Of a DNA stretch of 64,000 bases, positions 1-10,267 are shown piece after piece; position 1 is the stretch's first letter, and every line of letters starts with the position of its first letter. Location: assembly GCA_017516825.1 (NCBI GenBank), contig JAFXBC010000068.1:10950-74949 (forward strand). Direction: 5' to 3'. The notes under the pieces are model-generated. The model was not told where the DNA came from. It worked only from the letters and a program-made list of their open reading frames with translations, and searched no databases. The position numbers and the translations under genes are program-made. The stretch comes from Clostridia bacterium. GTDB lineage: Bacteria; Bacillota; Clostridia; Oscillospirales; CAG-382.

Positions 1-311
1 AAGAGGGTGAATACCGTCAAGGCCACGCGGAAGGTACGCTGTACCTCCTTTTCCCTGCCACGCTTGGCAGAGGCGGAGATCATACGGCTGATGGCCACCG
101 GCAATCCGCTGGTGGAGACCATGTAAAGCATGGCGTATAAAGAATAAGCTGCGCTGAAGATGCCCATATGCTCGCCGAGAATATTGGCAAGGGGGATCTT
201 AAACAGAACGCCGATGATCTTCACAACAAAGCTGGAAACGGAGATGATCCCCGCTTCCACCAAAAAACTTTTATTCTTTTTTTGTCCTTGTGCTTTTTCC
301 AATTCAGACAT
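1..311 (-). CDS. MurJ/SpoVB-like (MOP flippase, polysaccharide biosynthesis protein), N-terminal part; runs off the window
   Basis: Not in the ORF track because it is partial. Manual translation from ATG at 311 gives MSELEKAQGQKKNKSFLVEAGIISVSSFVVKIIGVLFKIPLANILGEHMGIFSAAYSLYAMLYMVSTSGLPVAISRMIS, matching the typical YtgP/YabM/SpoVB N-terminus (KIIG..F.IPL..ILG; S.GLPVAISR). Confidence 0.85.
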   Translation of the reverse strand, partial: MSELEKAQGQKKNKSFLVEAGIISVSSFVVKIIGVLFKIPLANILGEHMGIFSAAYSLYAMLYMVSTSGLPVAISRMISASAKRGREKEVQRTFRVALTVFTL

Positions 312-317
312 AAAAAA

Positions 318-1139
318 TCAAATAAATTCTCTCAATAAGGAATCCTCCGGCACGGCGCTGTCCGGTAACAGAGGGATGGGCTTTAAGATCTCAATGAGCT
401 CTTGGGCCTGGTTTGCGTGGGAATGACCTGCAGGGAGCTGTTCCAGCAGCTCGATGGCATCGTCTGCAAGGATGCTCCGTTCGTAATCGAAAAAGGTGTT
501 GATCCTGGCGTCCGCCAGATACACGAAGGGCTCGATGGTCTCCTTCTCGGAGCTGCGAACGGTATCCCATTGGTCAAAGGTTTGGGCCGCATCTGCGGCG
601 CGGTAGCGGGAATCTCTCACCAAGCGGCGCAACAGACGGCCGTCGATGCCATCCTCCGCCTCGGAGTACAGATAGATACGGTATAAGGTCTCCTCCGCAG
701 TTCCTTTGGCGCAGATGGCGGGGTTCAAGGCGTGAAGGCCTTCCACGATGGTGATGCCGCCGGGAACGGGGGTCAAGATACGGTAAGCATCCGTGCGGCG
801 CTTACAGGTGAAATCGTAAAACGGAATAGGTGCAGGCTCTCCCACGGAGAGGAGATGCATGGTCTCCTGCAAAAGATCCAATCGGAGGCTACCTAGCCCC
901 TCGATATCCGGCTTGCCGTTGGGGAGGTACACCGCATTTTCGGGATTGCGGTAATAGTCGTCCAGGGAGATGGTGTCCACGTGGCGACCGCCCTTTTCGA
1001 TGAGGCGAGCCAGCTTTTTCGTGGTGGTGGTCTTCCCCGCACAGGAACCGCCTGCAATCAGAACAAGCTTTAACTTCTCGTTTTTGCAGATCTCGTCGGC
1101 ACAATCGCGCAGACGCTGTTCATACAGTTCCTCTTTCAT
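318..1139 (-). CDS. udk: Uridine/nucleoside kinase (PRK/UK family)
   Basis: Walker A GGSCAGKTT, SLDDYY, IVEGLHALNP and RLLRRLVRD, all typical of clostridial uridine kinases. Confidence 0.8.
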   Translation of the reverse strand: MKEELYEQRLRDCADEICKNEKLKLVLIAGGSCAGKTTTTKKLARLIEKGGRHVDTISLDDYYRNPENAVYLPNGKPDIEGLGSLRLDLLQETMHLLSVGEPAPIPFYDFTCKRRTDAYRILTPVPGGITIVEGLHALNPAICAKGTAEETLYRIYLYSEAEDGIDGRLLRRLVRDSRYRAADAAQTFDQWDTVRSSEKETIEPFVYLADARINTFFDYERSILADDAIELLEQLPAGHSHANQAQELIEILKPIPLLPDSAVPEDSLLREFI

Positions 1140-1142
1140 TGA

Positions 1143-2633
1143 TCATCGATCCTTTCTTGGATAGTGTGAAAAGAACTCACGGATCTCCGACTCACGGATG
1201 CCGTTGTCGGTATCCAGATATTCATAGGGATATTTGGGGAACGCGATGCGGCAGATCTCGTCTCTTGCAGGAGAGACCAGCTTGGTGATAGCACCTGCAC
1301 CGCAGGCAAAGACGGTGGAATATTCCTCCATCATCAAAACGTTGTAAAGATTCTCGGTGCCTTCCTTGGCGTAGCCCACGTTCTCCGCGTTGCCGATGAT
1401 GTTCTTCTGGCGGTAGAGGTAGTAGGGCGCCCAGCCCGCTTCTTCCAGGGTGTTGCAGGCGTATTCAACACAATCTCTCGCCAAAACCCCTGCGGGGTCG
1501 TAGACCTCCCCCTGGCGGAACCGCAGAGAGGCGGATTTCTTTACGGAAAGGGTATGGACGGTGATGTTTTCAAAGCCCATTGCCATCACGTCGGAAAGAC
1601 TTTTTGCAAAGCTTTCACGGGTATCCCCGGGAAGGCCTGCGATAAGATCCGCGTTGACGGTATCGAAGCCCATGGACAAGGCTTTTTCCGCCACGGTAAA
1701 GAAATCCGCAACGGAGTGCTTTCTGCCGATGGCCTTCAGCACATCGTCGTTGGTGGTTTGGGGGTTGACGCTGATGCGGTCAACGCCGTTTGCTTTCAGA
1801 ATATGCAGTTTATCCTCGGTGATGGTATCCGGACGGCCTGCCTCGAAGGAAAACTCCAGAAGATGTTCCTTGGGAAGATGCTCGTTCATGCAGGACAGCA
1901 GGTCGGAAAGCTGTTCCTCCGTTAAGAAAGACGGGGTGCCGCCGCCGATGTATACGCTTCTGAGGCGAAGACCAAGCTCCTTTATGATGGCGCAGGTCCT
2001 GACGAAATCTCTCTTTAACCGCTCCAGATAGGAGGGGATCAGAGAGAAAAGTCTGGGGGTTGCACAGGAAATAAAGGAACAATAATCGCACTTCGTGGGG
2101 CAGAAAGGGATAGATAGATACAATCCGCAATCGAATTCCCCCACGTCCCCAAGCATAAGATTTTCCGTTATGGCGGTCTTTACCGCAAGACGAGCTTTGG
2201 AGGGCAGGACGTTATAATCCTCGATGAAGAGTTTTTCCACAGTATCGGGGGAATAACCGCGATCCAGATAATATTTTGCACGTTTGACAGGGCGAAGTCC
2301 CAAAAGATAGCCCCAAGGAAGGGGAAAACCAAGCAAGGACTCCCCTGCCTGCAGGTAAGCCTTGCCCAATGCCAAGGCGGCAAAATCGCTTTCCGTCATG
2401 GCAACGTTGGGCGTGTAGCCTGCGGTATGGAAGGCGCCCTCTGCGGTACGGTCTCCCAAAGTCAGCTCGGTGTGGCAATAAAAGCCGTTCTCACGCCGTT
2501 CCAGCAGGAAGGAAGCCTCTGCGGGGCTATCAAAGCCTTCGTGAAACTTTTCCCCGGGAAAATACAGCAGACAAAGGGTCTGGAAATAGTAATCGTTGAG
2601 ATATTCGGTTTTGTTTTGAATGGTCAGTTTCAT
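1143..2633 (-). CDS. hemZ: HemZ-type radical SAM protein (coproporphyrinogen dehydrogenase-like)
   Basis: IPFCPTKCDYCSF (CxxxCxxC), YIGGGTP, EAGRPDTIT, PWGxLxGxRP, YLYRQKN, LMMEE; conserved position after dtd. Confidence 0.9.
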   Translation of the reverse strand: MKLTIQNKTEYLNDYYFQTLCLLYFPGEKFHEGFDSPAEASFLLERRENGFYCHTELTLGDRTAEGAFHTAGYTPNVAMTESDFAALALGKAYLQAGESLLGFPLPWGYLLGLRPVKRAKYYLDRGYSPDTVEKLFIEDYNVLPSKARLAVKTAITENLMLGDVGEFDCGLYLSIPFCPTKCDYCSFISCATPRLFSLIPSYLERLKRDFVRTCAIIKELGLRLRSVYIGGGTPSFLTEEQLSDLLSCMNEHLPKEHLLEFSFEAGRPDTITEDKLHILKANGVDRISVNPQTTNDDVLKAIGRKHSVADFFTVAEKALSMGFDTVNADLIAGLPGDTRESFAKSLSDVMAMGFENITVHTLSVKKSASLRFRQGEVYDPAGVLARDCVEYACNTLEEAGWAPYYLYRQKNIIGNAENVGYAKEGTENLYNVLMMEEYSTVFACGAGAITKLVSPARDEICRIAFPKYPYEYLDTDNGIRESEIREFFSHYPRKDR

Positions 2634-3082
2634 TTCTTCAAAAGTTCCGCCGTATCAAGGATCAGATTCACAGGGCCGTCCAGGTGTGCGGAGATCTGCA
2701 TATCAGCGCCGAAGATGCCACGGGAGACGGGAACCGTTTCCGCGACGGCATCGCAAAAGGCGTTATACATTGGCTCTGCCACGGAAGGGTGAGCGGCGTG
2801 GGTACAATCGGGACGGAAGCCTCTTTGCACTCTACCCAGCAAGGTGAAGTTGGAGATGATCATGATCTCCCCGCCCACGTCGGTGGCGGAGAGGGACATC
2901 TTCCCTTCCTCATTCTCGAAGATCCGAAGGCCTGCCAGCTTGGCGCTGCCCTTTTTCAGATCCTCCTCCGTATCTCCTTCTGCAACGCCAACGAAGGCAA
3001 GAAGGCCTTTGCCGATGCGGGAGACTTCTTTTCCTTCTACCACGCAGGAGGCGCTGTTCACGCGCTGAACCACGATCTTCAT
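2630..3082 (-). CDS. dtd: D-aminoacyl-tRNA deacylase
   Basis: MKIVVQRV, SNFTL, GFRP, FGADM and DGPV motifs. Start moved to ATG 3082, right after the rel stop. Confidence 0.93.
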   Translation of the reverse strand: MKIVVQRVNSASCVVEGKEVSRIGKGLLAFVGVAEGDTEEDLKKGSAKLAGLRIFENEEGKMSLSATDVGGEIMIISNFTLLGRVQRGFRPDCTHAAHPSVAEPMYNAFCDAVAETVPVSRGIFGADMQISAHLDGPVNLILDTAELLKK

Positions 3083-3084
3083 AC

Positions 3085-5286
3085 TTACTGATTTCCTCTT
3101 GTGATCTCGTAGACGCCCTTGATCTTCCGCAGGGCGCCGATGATGGTATTGGCATGATCGGTATTGCTGCAACGGATACCGAAGTTCAAAACGATGTTGT
3201 CTCCGCTCTCCTTGGTGGCAACAGAGGTGATCTCCACCTTCATATCTCTCAGCAGGATAGAAACGTCCGCAATGATGCTGGGAGTATAGGAGGCGAAGAT
3301 GTTGAGATGGATCTCAAAGCCGCCCAGAGCCCTTCTTTCCGCACGGGCAGTCCAGGAGGCGGTGACCCAACGGTCACGGTCTTCCTCCCGTTTCAGGCCG
3401 TTCTGGACGTTGATACAATCGTATTTATGAATGGAGATGCCGTAGCCCTTGGTGATAAAGCCGATGATGTTGTCCCCGGGCAAGGGAGAACAACATTTGG
3501 CAAACTTCACGGCACAGCCCTCCACGTTGTCCACGATAACGCTTTCGGAGGACTTCTTGTTCTTGCGATCCTCTCTGGCGGGACGGTCTACGATATCCGG
3601 CTTTACGGGGGCGGGCTCCTGCTCGGGAACCACCAGGCGATTGAATTCTTCCTTCAGCTTGGTGCCAAGCTTCACCACGTCCATGCCGCCGAAGCCGATG
3701 CTGTTATACAGATCGTCTCCTTCGGCAAAGCCCATACGGGAAGCCAGGCTCTGCATGATCTTATCACGCTGTGCCTCGGTATAGCGGACGCCGTAGCGCT
3801 TGAACTCACGGTCGATCTCCTGCTTGCCAAGCTGGATGTTTTCTTCCCGCATTTCCTTTTTGAAGAACATACGGATCTTGTTGCGGGCTTCGCTGGAGCG
3901 GACGTAGGTGAGCCAGTCGCGGCTGGGGCCTTTGGAATTGGGGTTGGTGAGGACCTCCACGATCTGCCCGGTCTGCAGCTCCGTATCGATGGGAACGATG
4001 TTGCCGTTGACCTTGGCGCCTACCATCTTATTACCCACACCGGAGTGGATGGCATAAGCAAAGTCTACGGGAGTACTGCGGGCAGGAAGATTGATCACGT
4101 CCCCCTTAGGAGTGAAGACGAAGATCTCATCCTCAAACAGGTCGATCTTCAGAGAATTGAAGAATTCGTCGGGATCTCCCCCGTCGTTGTCGGATTCCAC
4201 AAGGGAACGGATCCAACGGAGCTTTTCATCCAGACCGTGGGTGGCACGCTCGCCGGATTTATACTTCCAGTGAGCCGCCAGGCCGTATTCCGCTACGGAG
4301 TGCATTTCCCAAGTACGGATCTGCACCTCGAAGGGAATGCCGCCGGAGCCGATAACGGTGGTGTGGAGAGAACGGTAAAGGTTCTGCTTGGGAGTGGAGA
4401 TATAGTCCTTGAAACGGCCGGGCACGGAGTTGAATTTCTCGTGGATGATACCCAGCACGGTATAGCAATCCAGCTCGGTATCCACAAGGACGCGCAGAGC
4501 GTAAAAGTCGTAGATCTCATCGAAGGATTTGCTTTGGTTATACATCTTTTTATAGATGCTGTAAGTGCTTTTGACACGACCCTCCAGGCGGTAGTGAACG
4601 CCGTAGGAATCCAGACTTTGCGCCACCATCTTGGTAGCCTGGGTCAGGAAGTCCTTGCTTTCGCCGTAACGCTTTTCCGTATCCTTCTGGATCTCAGCAT
4701 AGCCGATGGGATCCAGGTAGGAAAGAGCAAGGGTCTCCAGTTCCAGCTTGATGCGCTGCATACCGATACGGTGGGCCAAGGGCGCGTAGACGTGCATGGT
4801 CTCCAAGGCTATGGAACGCTGTTTTTCGGGAGAGCGGACGTCCAGGGTACGCATATTGTGGAGACGGTCGGCAAGCTTTACGAAAATAACACGCAGATCC
4901 TTGGACATTGCGAGAAACATCTTACGCAGGTTGCGGATGCTGGCCTCCTGCTTGGTCTCAAAGGGGATATTCAGCTTGGTAACGCCGTCTACGATATCCG
5001 CAACGTCGTTACCGAACTGTCTCCGTACGTCGTCCAGGGTGACTCTGTCGGAGCAATCCTCCACGGTGTCGTGGAGAAAAGCGGCGCAGATGGAATCGGT
5101 GTCCAACTGGCAATCGTACACGATGGTGGCCACTGCGATGGGATGGATGATATAATCTTCCCCGGAAATACGCTTCTGGCCGCGGTGCAATTCCTCGGCC
5201 AGATAATAAGCGCGTTTGATTTTGTCTATGTCGTAACAACCGCTCGCATCACATCTGGCAAGCAATTCGTTTACATCGTATTCCAT
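3085..5286 (-). CDS. relA: Bifunctional (p)ppGpp synthetase/hydrolase Rel (long RSH)
   Basis: HD domain (HP..V, LHDTVED, KLADRLHNMRTL), SYNTH (RFKDY, EVQIRT, AEYGLAAHWKYK), TGS (TPVDFAYAIH), ZFD (AKCCSPLPGD..H..DC) and ACT. Confidence 0.97.
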   Translation of the reverse strand: MEYDVNELLARCDASGCYDIDKIKRAYYLAEELHRGQKRISGEDYIIHPIAVATIVYDCQLDTDSICAAFLHDTVEDCSDRVTLDDVRRQFGNDVADIVDGVTKLNIPFETKQEASIRNLRKMFLAMSKDLRVIFVKLADRLHNMRTLDVRSPEKQRSIALETMHVYAPLAHRIGMQRIKLELETLALSYLDPIGYAEIQKDTEKRYGESKDFLTQATKMVAQSLDSYGVHYRLEGRVKSTYSIYKKMYNQSKSFDEIYDFYALRVLVDTELDCYTVLGIIHEKFNSVPGRFKDYISTPKQNLYRSLHTTVIGSGGIPFEVQIRTWEMHSVAEYGLAAHWKYKSGERATHGLDEKLRWIRSLVESDNDGGDPDEFFNSLKIDLFEDEIFVFTPKGDVINLPARSTPVDFAYAIHSGVGNKMVGAKVNGNIVPIDTELQTGQIVEVLTNPNSKGPSRDWLTYVRSSEARNKIRMFFKKEMREENIQLGKQEIDREFKRYGVRYTEAQRDKIMQSLASRMGFAEGDDLYNSIGFGGMDVVKLGTKLKEEFNRLVVPEQEPAPVKPDIVDRPAREDRKNKKSSESVIVDNVEGCAVKFAKCCSPLPGDNIIGFITKGYGISIHKYDCINVQNGLKREEDRDRWVTASWTARAERRALGGFEIHLNIFASYTPSIIADVSILLRDMKVEITSVATKESGDNIVLNFGIRCSNTDHANTIIGALRKIKGVYEITRGNQ

Positions 5287-5298
5287 AGAGGCTTCCTT

Positions 5299-7395
5299 TT
5301 ATACTTGTCGGTGGTTCCCCCGAATCATTTGAAGAATGGGAGATTGGTCCAGATTGACCTTTTTACCCACGGGCAGAATGCTGACCTCGGCTACCTTGCC
5401 GCCGTCGCTGTAAGTACGGCTGATGAGTCCTTCATCGGCAAGAACGTCCAGAATGACCTTGAAGCTGCAATAGGAGACGTGGATATCTTCCTGCTCCAAA
5501 GCGCGGCAGGTTGCGGCAATGGCCATATGCTTACTGCTTTCCAGAACGTCACGCTTCAAGAACTTATAAACGTCTCTGAAGCCCGCCAGGGTGGGAACGT
5601 CGCTTCGGGAGACGTCACTACGGTCGGCGGGATCCACCAGACGGCGATAGGTAACTTCACCCTCGGCGGTATCCTCGCTTTCGATATCGGACAGGCGCAA
5701 GGCCTTGATGGTAACCTGGGGGGTACATTGACCCATATATTCGTTGATGTCTGCAGTAAAGACCACGTCACAGATGTTCCCCTCGCTGAGTTTGAGATCG
5801 GAGGGCACGGAGAACCAGATGGCGCTGACCTCACTGCCGCCGAACTTATAGTCGTGGGGGCGGAGCTTGAACTTCAGATGCTTACCGCCGGAAAGATATA
5901 CCAGGTCGGTCACCGCTACCCGCTTCATCATCAGCACGGGCTGAGGGTTCTGCAGGCCGAAGGGCTCCATAGTTTGCATCTCGCGGATACCCGCAAGAGT
6001 AATATCGTTGAAATCCACCTTGCACTCGATCTCCAAAGGCAGGGAGGAATCGGTCTTTACCAGGTACTGCTTGGCGTACTCGTTGATCCGCTTGCGGAAA
6101 TCGTCGATACGGTCCTTGGAAACGGAAAGACCTGCGGCAAGCTCGTGACCGCCGTATTCACACAACAGATCCTCGCAGGAGGACAAAGCATCCATCAAGG
6201 AGAAGCCCTTGATGCTTCTGCCGGAGCCCTTGGCCACTTCTCCGTCGTAGGAGAATAAGATGCAGGGCAGAGAGAACTTCTCGGCGATCTTGGAAGCAAC
6301 CACACCGATCACACCCTGGTGCCACCCCTCGGAACCGAGAACAAAGAAGCAATCGTCTTTACAGGACTGCTGGATCTGGGCAAGGGCCTGCTCGTAGATC
6401 TCCTGCTCCATAGTCTGGCGAAGCTTGTTGGTCTCGCACAGCTCACCGGCAATGCGGTCTGCCACCTGCTCGTCCTTGGTGACCAGCAGCTCCACGGCAC
6501 GGGATGCGGAGGCAATTCTGCCTGCGGCGTTGATACGGGGGGCCAACACGTAGCCCACGGTGGAGGAGGTGACCTTCTTCACCTGTCTGCCGTGCTTAAC
6601 GATGCCCGCATGGCGCATCAAAGCAAGGATGCCGGGAGAGCGAACGGATTCCAGCTTCTTCAGACCCATCGCGGCGATACGACGGTTTTCGTCAATAATA
6701 GGCATCACGTCCGCGATGGTGCCGATAGCAACGATGTCTGCGTAACGATCACAGATCCGCTTGGTATCTCCATCAACGGCGCAAAGCACCTTGAACACCA
6801 CGCCCACGCCTGCAAGGTTCTTGAAGGGATAGGGACAATCCTCTCTATGAGGGTTCACCACGGCAACGGCGTCGGGAATGGTCTCACGGCAGTTGTGGTG
6901 GTCGGTGATCACCATATCGATGCCCTGCTCTTTTGCATACAGAGCCTCGTCGATGGCGGTAATTCCCGTATCCACGGTGATGATCATATCCACCCTGCCC
7001 ACCATACGCTTGATCACGGGAAGGCTAAGGCCGTATCCCTCGGAGATGCGGTCGGGGATGAAATACTCACACTTTACGCCTCTGCCCGTGAGGTAGTCGT
7101 ACAGCATCATGGTAGAGGTAACGCCGTCTACGTCGTAGTCGCCGTAGATGCAGACACGCTCTTTGTTCTCAATGGCACGACGGATCCGGGCAACGGCGGG
7201 CTCCATATCCTTGAGAAGATAGGGATCGTGGAGAGGGATCTCGTCCTTGTTTAAGAATGCTTTGACTTTATCGGCTGAGTCAAGCCCTCTGTTGGAGAGC
7301 AATTTTGCGGTCAGGGGACGAACGCCCAGTTCAGCCTGCAAGCGACTGTACAGGGTTTCGTTCAGTTCCCGAAGGACCCATTTTCTTTCTGTCAT
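5299..7395 (-). CDS. recJ: Single-stranded-DNA exonuclease RecJ
   Basis: GDYDVDG, ITVDTG, TDHH, GTIADV, PRINAAGR, GSGRS and GGH motifs; GGAGG RBS. Confidence 0.96.
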   Translation of the reverse strand: MTERKWVLRELNETLYSRLQAELGVRPLTAKLLSNRGLDSADKVKAFLNKDEIPLHDPYLLKDMEPAVARIRRAIENKERVCIYGDYDVDGVTSTMMLYDYLTGRGVKCEYFIPDRISEGYGLSLPVIKRMVGRVDMIITVDTGITAIDEALYAKEQGIDMVITDHHNCRETIPDAVAVVNPHREDCPYPFKNLAGVGVVFKVLCAVDGDTKRICDRYADIVAIGTIADVMPIIDENRRIAAMGLKKLESVRSPGILALMRHAGIVKHGRQVKKVTSSTVGYVLAPRINAAGRIASASRAVELLVTKDEQVADRIAGELCETNKLRQTMEQEIYEQALAQIQQSCKDDCFFVLGSEGWHQGVIGVVASKIAEKFSLPCILFSYDGEVAKGSGRSIKGFSLMDALSSCEDLLCEYGGHELAAGLSVSKDRIDDFRKRINEYAKQYLVKTDSSLPLEIECKVDFNDITLAGIREMQTMEPFGLQNPQPVLMMKRVAVTDLVYLSGGKHLKFKLRPHDYKFGGSEVSAIWFSVPSDLKLSEGNICDVVFTADINEYMGQCTPQVTIKALRLSDIESEDTAEGEVTYRRLVDPADRSDVSRSDVPTLAGFRDVYKFLKRDVLESSKHMAIAATCRALEQEDIHVSYCSFKVILDVLADEGLISRTYSDGGKVAEVSILPVGKKVNLDQSPILQMIRGNHRQV

Positions 7396-7423
7396 TTGAC
7401 TCCGCCTCCTTTCTGTTTTATCA

Positions 7424-8695
7424 TCAGGAAATAGTATTTTCGATGACCTGGAGGGTCATCTCCGCAACGGGTACGGTATAATTGCCCACGACGCAGATGT
7501 GGTTGTTGCCGGTGGAGATCTCGGCAATACCGATGTAATCACCGGTTGCCGGATCCTTCTCCATAGTATTATAGTTGATCATCACGGTCATCAGCTCGCT
7601 CTTGTAGGTCAAGACCTCCTGATAAGGACCGAGAATGCGTACGGTCAGGTCACCGATGGCCTCGGCGATGAGATTGCTATCGGCAGGGATCCCGTAGACG
7701 AAAATGCGGGAAGCGTCGATCTCGATATTCGCAAAGCTGATGGCGGGGAGAGACACGGTATAGGTAAATTCCGCTTCGCCGTATTCCGCACTCAAGGTGG
7801 TGGGAACGTCGTTTTCTGCCAACAGTTCGGAAACCGTCATGGTTCTGGAAAAATCGCCGTCTGCAATAGAATCGTCGCAGGTGACGGTCAGATACTCAAC
7901 CTTGGAAAGGTCGTAAACAGGGCCTTCCAGAGTCACGGAGGACAAGTCAGTGGCGAAGCTGACCTCCTCGGAAGTGAAATCCGTATCCTTCATAACCAGC
8001 TTTACGGGAACCGTTTTCTTGCTGTTCATGGTGATGGTCACGTTGACAGTATTGCGGCTGAGGGAAATATAGGGGTTGGAAATGGTTGCCTTGGTCTCCA
8101 CGTCCCGAAGCTGAATGTTTCCGCTGACGTTGAAGGAGCCGGTAACCACGTTGCCCAGATCAAAATGTGCGTAGGCTTCCGCGTTGCTGATAATGCTTTC
8201 AGGTCCATAAACTGTGACAACGTAAGCATCCTGCTTCATTTGGCCGATGGTATAGGCGGAGGTATAGGTCTTTTCCACGTTGACCTGGATGGTGCGGGAG
8301 GTAAATACGTCCACGTACAAGGTCACATTGGGGACGGAAACAGATTCCACGGTGGAACCGTTGGGAGCCACCACGGTAACGGGCAAAGTAGTAAGCCCCG
8401 GTCCGTTCACACCAGAAATATCCACGTAAGCGGAGAGATCCGCCGCGTCAATGCCGGAAAGCAACTGACGGGTGCCCTCCAAACGGACGTCTACGGACAG
8501 GGAGAAGCTGTCTCCGTCGGCAACGGTGTAGCCGTTGGTGTTGACACCCATGATCTCCACCACCACGCCGGTATAGGTCTCGCTGGCCATTTCGGTATCG
8601 TAGCCGATGGCATACATCCAGAGAAGCAACGCGCCGAACAAAGCGACCGCGAAGGTAAAGATCTTTCTTTTTCTTCCGACGACTTCGTTATTCAT
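7424..8695 (-). CDS. cdaR: CdaR/YbbR-domain regulator of diadenylate cyclase
   Basis: Single N-terminal TM (A.LLW.Y) followed by repeated beta-rich YbbR-like units (V.L.G...L, AYVD, VTVYGP, VTLEGP); directly after cdaA. Start at ATG 8695 with GGAGG RBS. Confidence 0.75.
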   Translation of the reverse strand: MNNEVVGRKRKIFTFAVALFGALLLWMYAIGYDTEMASETYTGVVVEIMGVNTNGYTVADGDSFSLSVDVRLEGTRQLLSGIDAADLSAYVDISGVNGPGLTTLPVTVVAPNGSTVESVSVPNVTLYVDVFTSRTIQVNVEKTYTSAYTIGQMKQDAYVVTVYGPESIISNAEAYAHFDLGNVVTGSFNVSGNIQLRDVETKATISNPYISLSRNTVNVTITMNSKKTVPVKLVMKDTDFTSEEVSFATDLSSVTLEGPVYDLSKVEYLTVTCDDSIADGDFSRTMTVSELLAENDVPTTLSAEYGEAEFTYTVSLPAISFANIEIDASRIFVYGIPADSNLIAEAIGDLTVRILGPYQEVLTYKSELMTVMINYNTMEKDPATGDYIGIAEISTGNNHICVVGNYTVPVAEMTLQVIENTIS

Positions 8696-9566
8696 CGTTC
8701 TTTTTGCCTCCCTTCCGAAGAATGGTGCCCTTAAAGCGATTGACCATCTTTTCTGCAATGGCGTCCTCGCGGGCAAGGCGGAGGTTTAAGTATTCCTCAA
8801 GGGTACTGCGGTCAAAGCCGCGCTTCAGCTCCCCCTCCACGGCAACGGAGATGATGCCCGTTTCCTCGGAAACGATGAGAACCACGGCGTCGCTGTTTTC
8901 GCTCATGCCGATCCCTGCGCGGTGGCGGGTGCCAAGCTCGCGGATAAGATCAGCATTGGAAGAAAGAGGCAACAGACAGCCTGCGGCATGAAGACGGGAA
9001 TTGCTGATGATCACGGCACCGTCGTGCAGGGGGGATTTATTGAAGAAGATATTCTCCAAAAGGTAAGAAGACACGTCCGCGTTCACCACGGTACCGGTTT
9101 TTGCCTGGTCTCCCAGTTTGGTCTCCCGCTCAAAGACGATCAAGGCCCCGGTTCTGGTTTTGGAAAAATAGTCTGCGGCGATGCACACCTCGTTCACCAC
9201 GGAACGCAAGGCGGCATCCTGATTTTTATCCAGCTTGCCCTTGAAATTGTGGAATGTGGTACCGCCCACTTTTTCCAAGAAGCTACGCAATTCCGGCTGG
9301 AACACCACGATCAAGGAAAGGATACCCACGGAGAATACGTTGGTCAGAATGAAGTTCAGAGCCTTCATCTTTGCGACCTCGCTGATCAACAGCAAAACGA
9401 TCAGCAACACCACGCCCACCAGCAGCTTGCCTGCACGGCGTTTACGCATGAACTGGAAGATGTAATAAAATACAAACGCCACCAAAAGGATGTCCAGGAC
9501 ATCCACGGCACGAATGGATTTCAGTTGTTCGCCCACATAGCGAAAATAATCTAAGATCGCAGACAC
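8688..9566 (-). CDS. cdaA: Diadenylate cyclase CdaA (c-di-AMP synthase)
   Basis: Three N-terminal TMs, FQPELR, GALIV, PLHDGA and LGTRHRA motifs. Start uncertain (GTG 9566 chosen; ORF opens at 9587). Confidence 0.95.
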   Translation of the reverse strand: MSAILDYFRYVGEQLKSIRAVDVLDILLVAFVFYYIFQFMRKRRAGKLLVGVVLLIVLLLISEVAKMKALNFILTNVFSVGILSLIVVFQPELRSFLEKVGGTTFHNFKGKLDKNQDAALRSVVNEVCIAADYFSKTRTGALIVFERETKLGDQAKTGTVVNADVSSYLLENIFFNKSPLHDGAVIISNSRLHAAGCLLPLSSNADLIRELGTRHRAGIGMSENSDAVVLIVSEETGIISVAVEGELKRGFDRSTLEEYLNLRLAREDAIAEKMVNRFKGTILRKGGKKNDE

Positions 9567-9654
9567 TTCTTTCCCACCTTGTAACAAAAGTTATCCGTTT
9601 CTCATAATATCATATACAAAAAACGTTGTCAAGAATTTCGATCGGATTTTTGTG

Positions 9655-10257
9655 TTATTTCAAAAAGAAATCCCGATTTTTCATCAAAAGGGACAGGGCG
9701 TTTCCCCGATGGCTGACCCCATTCTTTTCGCTTCCCGTCAATTCGGCAAAGGTCTTGCCAAAGGGCGGGTAATAGAACAGAGGATCGTACCCAAAGGTAC
9801 CGCTTCCCTGCTTGGATTCCAGAATGAGCCCTTCCGCGGTACCCCGGACGGTAAGGTGCTCTCCGTCCTCGCGGAAAACGCAAACTGCGCTGACGAAACG
9901 GGCGGTGCGTTTCTCTGCGGGAACCCCCGAAAGCTCTGCCAACAGCTTTGCGTTGTTGGCGTCGTCATCTCCGTGAACGCCTGCATATCTGGCAGAATGG
10001 ACGCCGGGAGCGCCGTTCAACGCGTCAACCTCCAATCCGCTGTCGTCGGCGATGGCCATACAGCCTGTGGCAAGGGCGACGGTGCGGGCTTTGATGAGAG
10101 AATTCTCCTCAAAGGTTGCGCCGTCTTCAACGATCTCGCCGAGAAAGCCGGATTCTCTTAAGGGGATGATCTCCGCAGGGATCTCCGCTTCACGGAAATA
10201 ACGGCGGAATTCCTCCAGCTTATGAGCGTTGTCGGAGGCTAAAATGATCTTCTTCAT
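9655..10257 (-). CDS. rdgB: Non-canonical purine NTP pyrophosphatase (RdgB/HAM1)
   Basis: ASDNAHK, ADDSGL, APGVHSARY, FGYDPLF and SHRG motifs. Start could also be TTG 10278. Confidence 0.95.
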   Translation of the reverse strand: MKKIILASDNAHKLEEFRRYFREAEIPAEIIPLRESGFLGEIVEDGATFEENSLIKARTVALATGCMAIADDSGLEVDALNGAPGVHSARYAGVHGDDDANNAKLLAELSGVPAEKRTARFVSAVCVFREDGEHLTVRGTAEGLILESKQGSGTFGYDPLFYYPPFGKTFAELTGSEKNGVSHRGNALSLLMKNRDFFLK

Positions 10258-10267
10258 AGCTTTTTTC

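Noticed and set aside
9600-9635. TTGACA upstream of cdaA as a sigmaA promoter
   Set aside because: The hexamer at 17-bp spacing (TTATAT) is a poor -10; a promoter is likely in this gap but I cannot place it.
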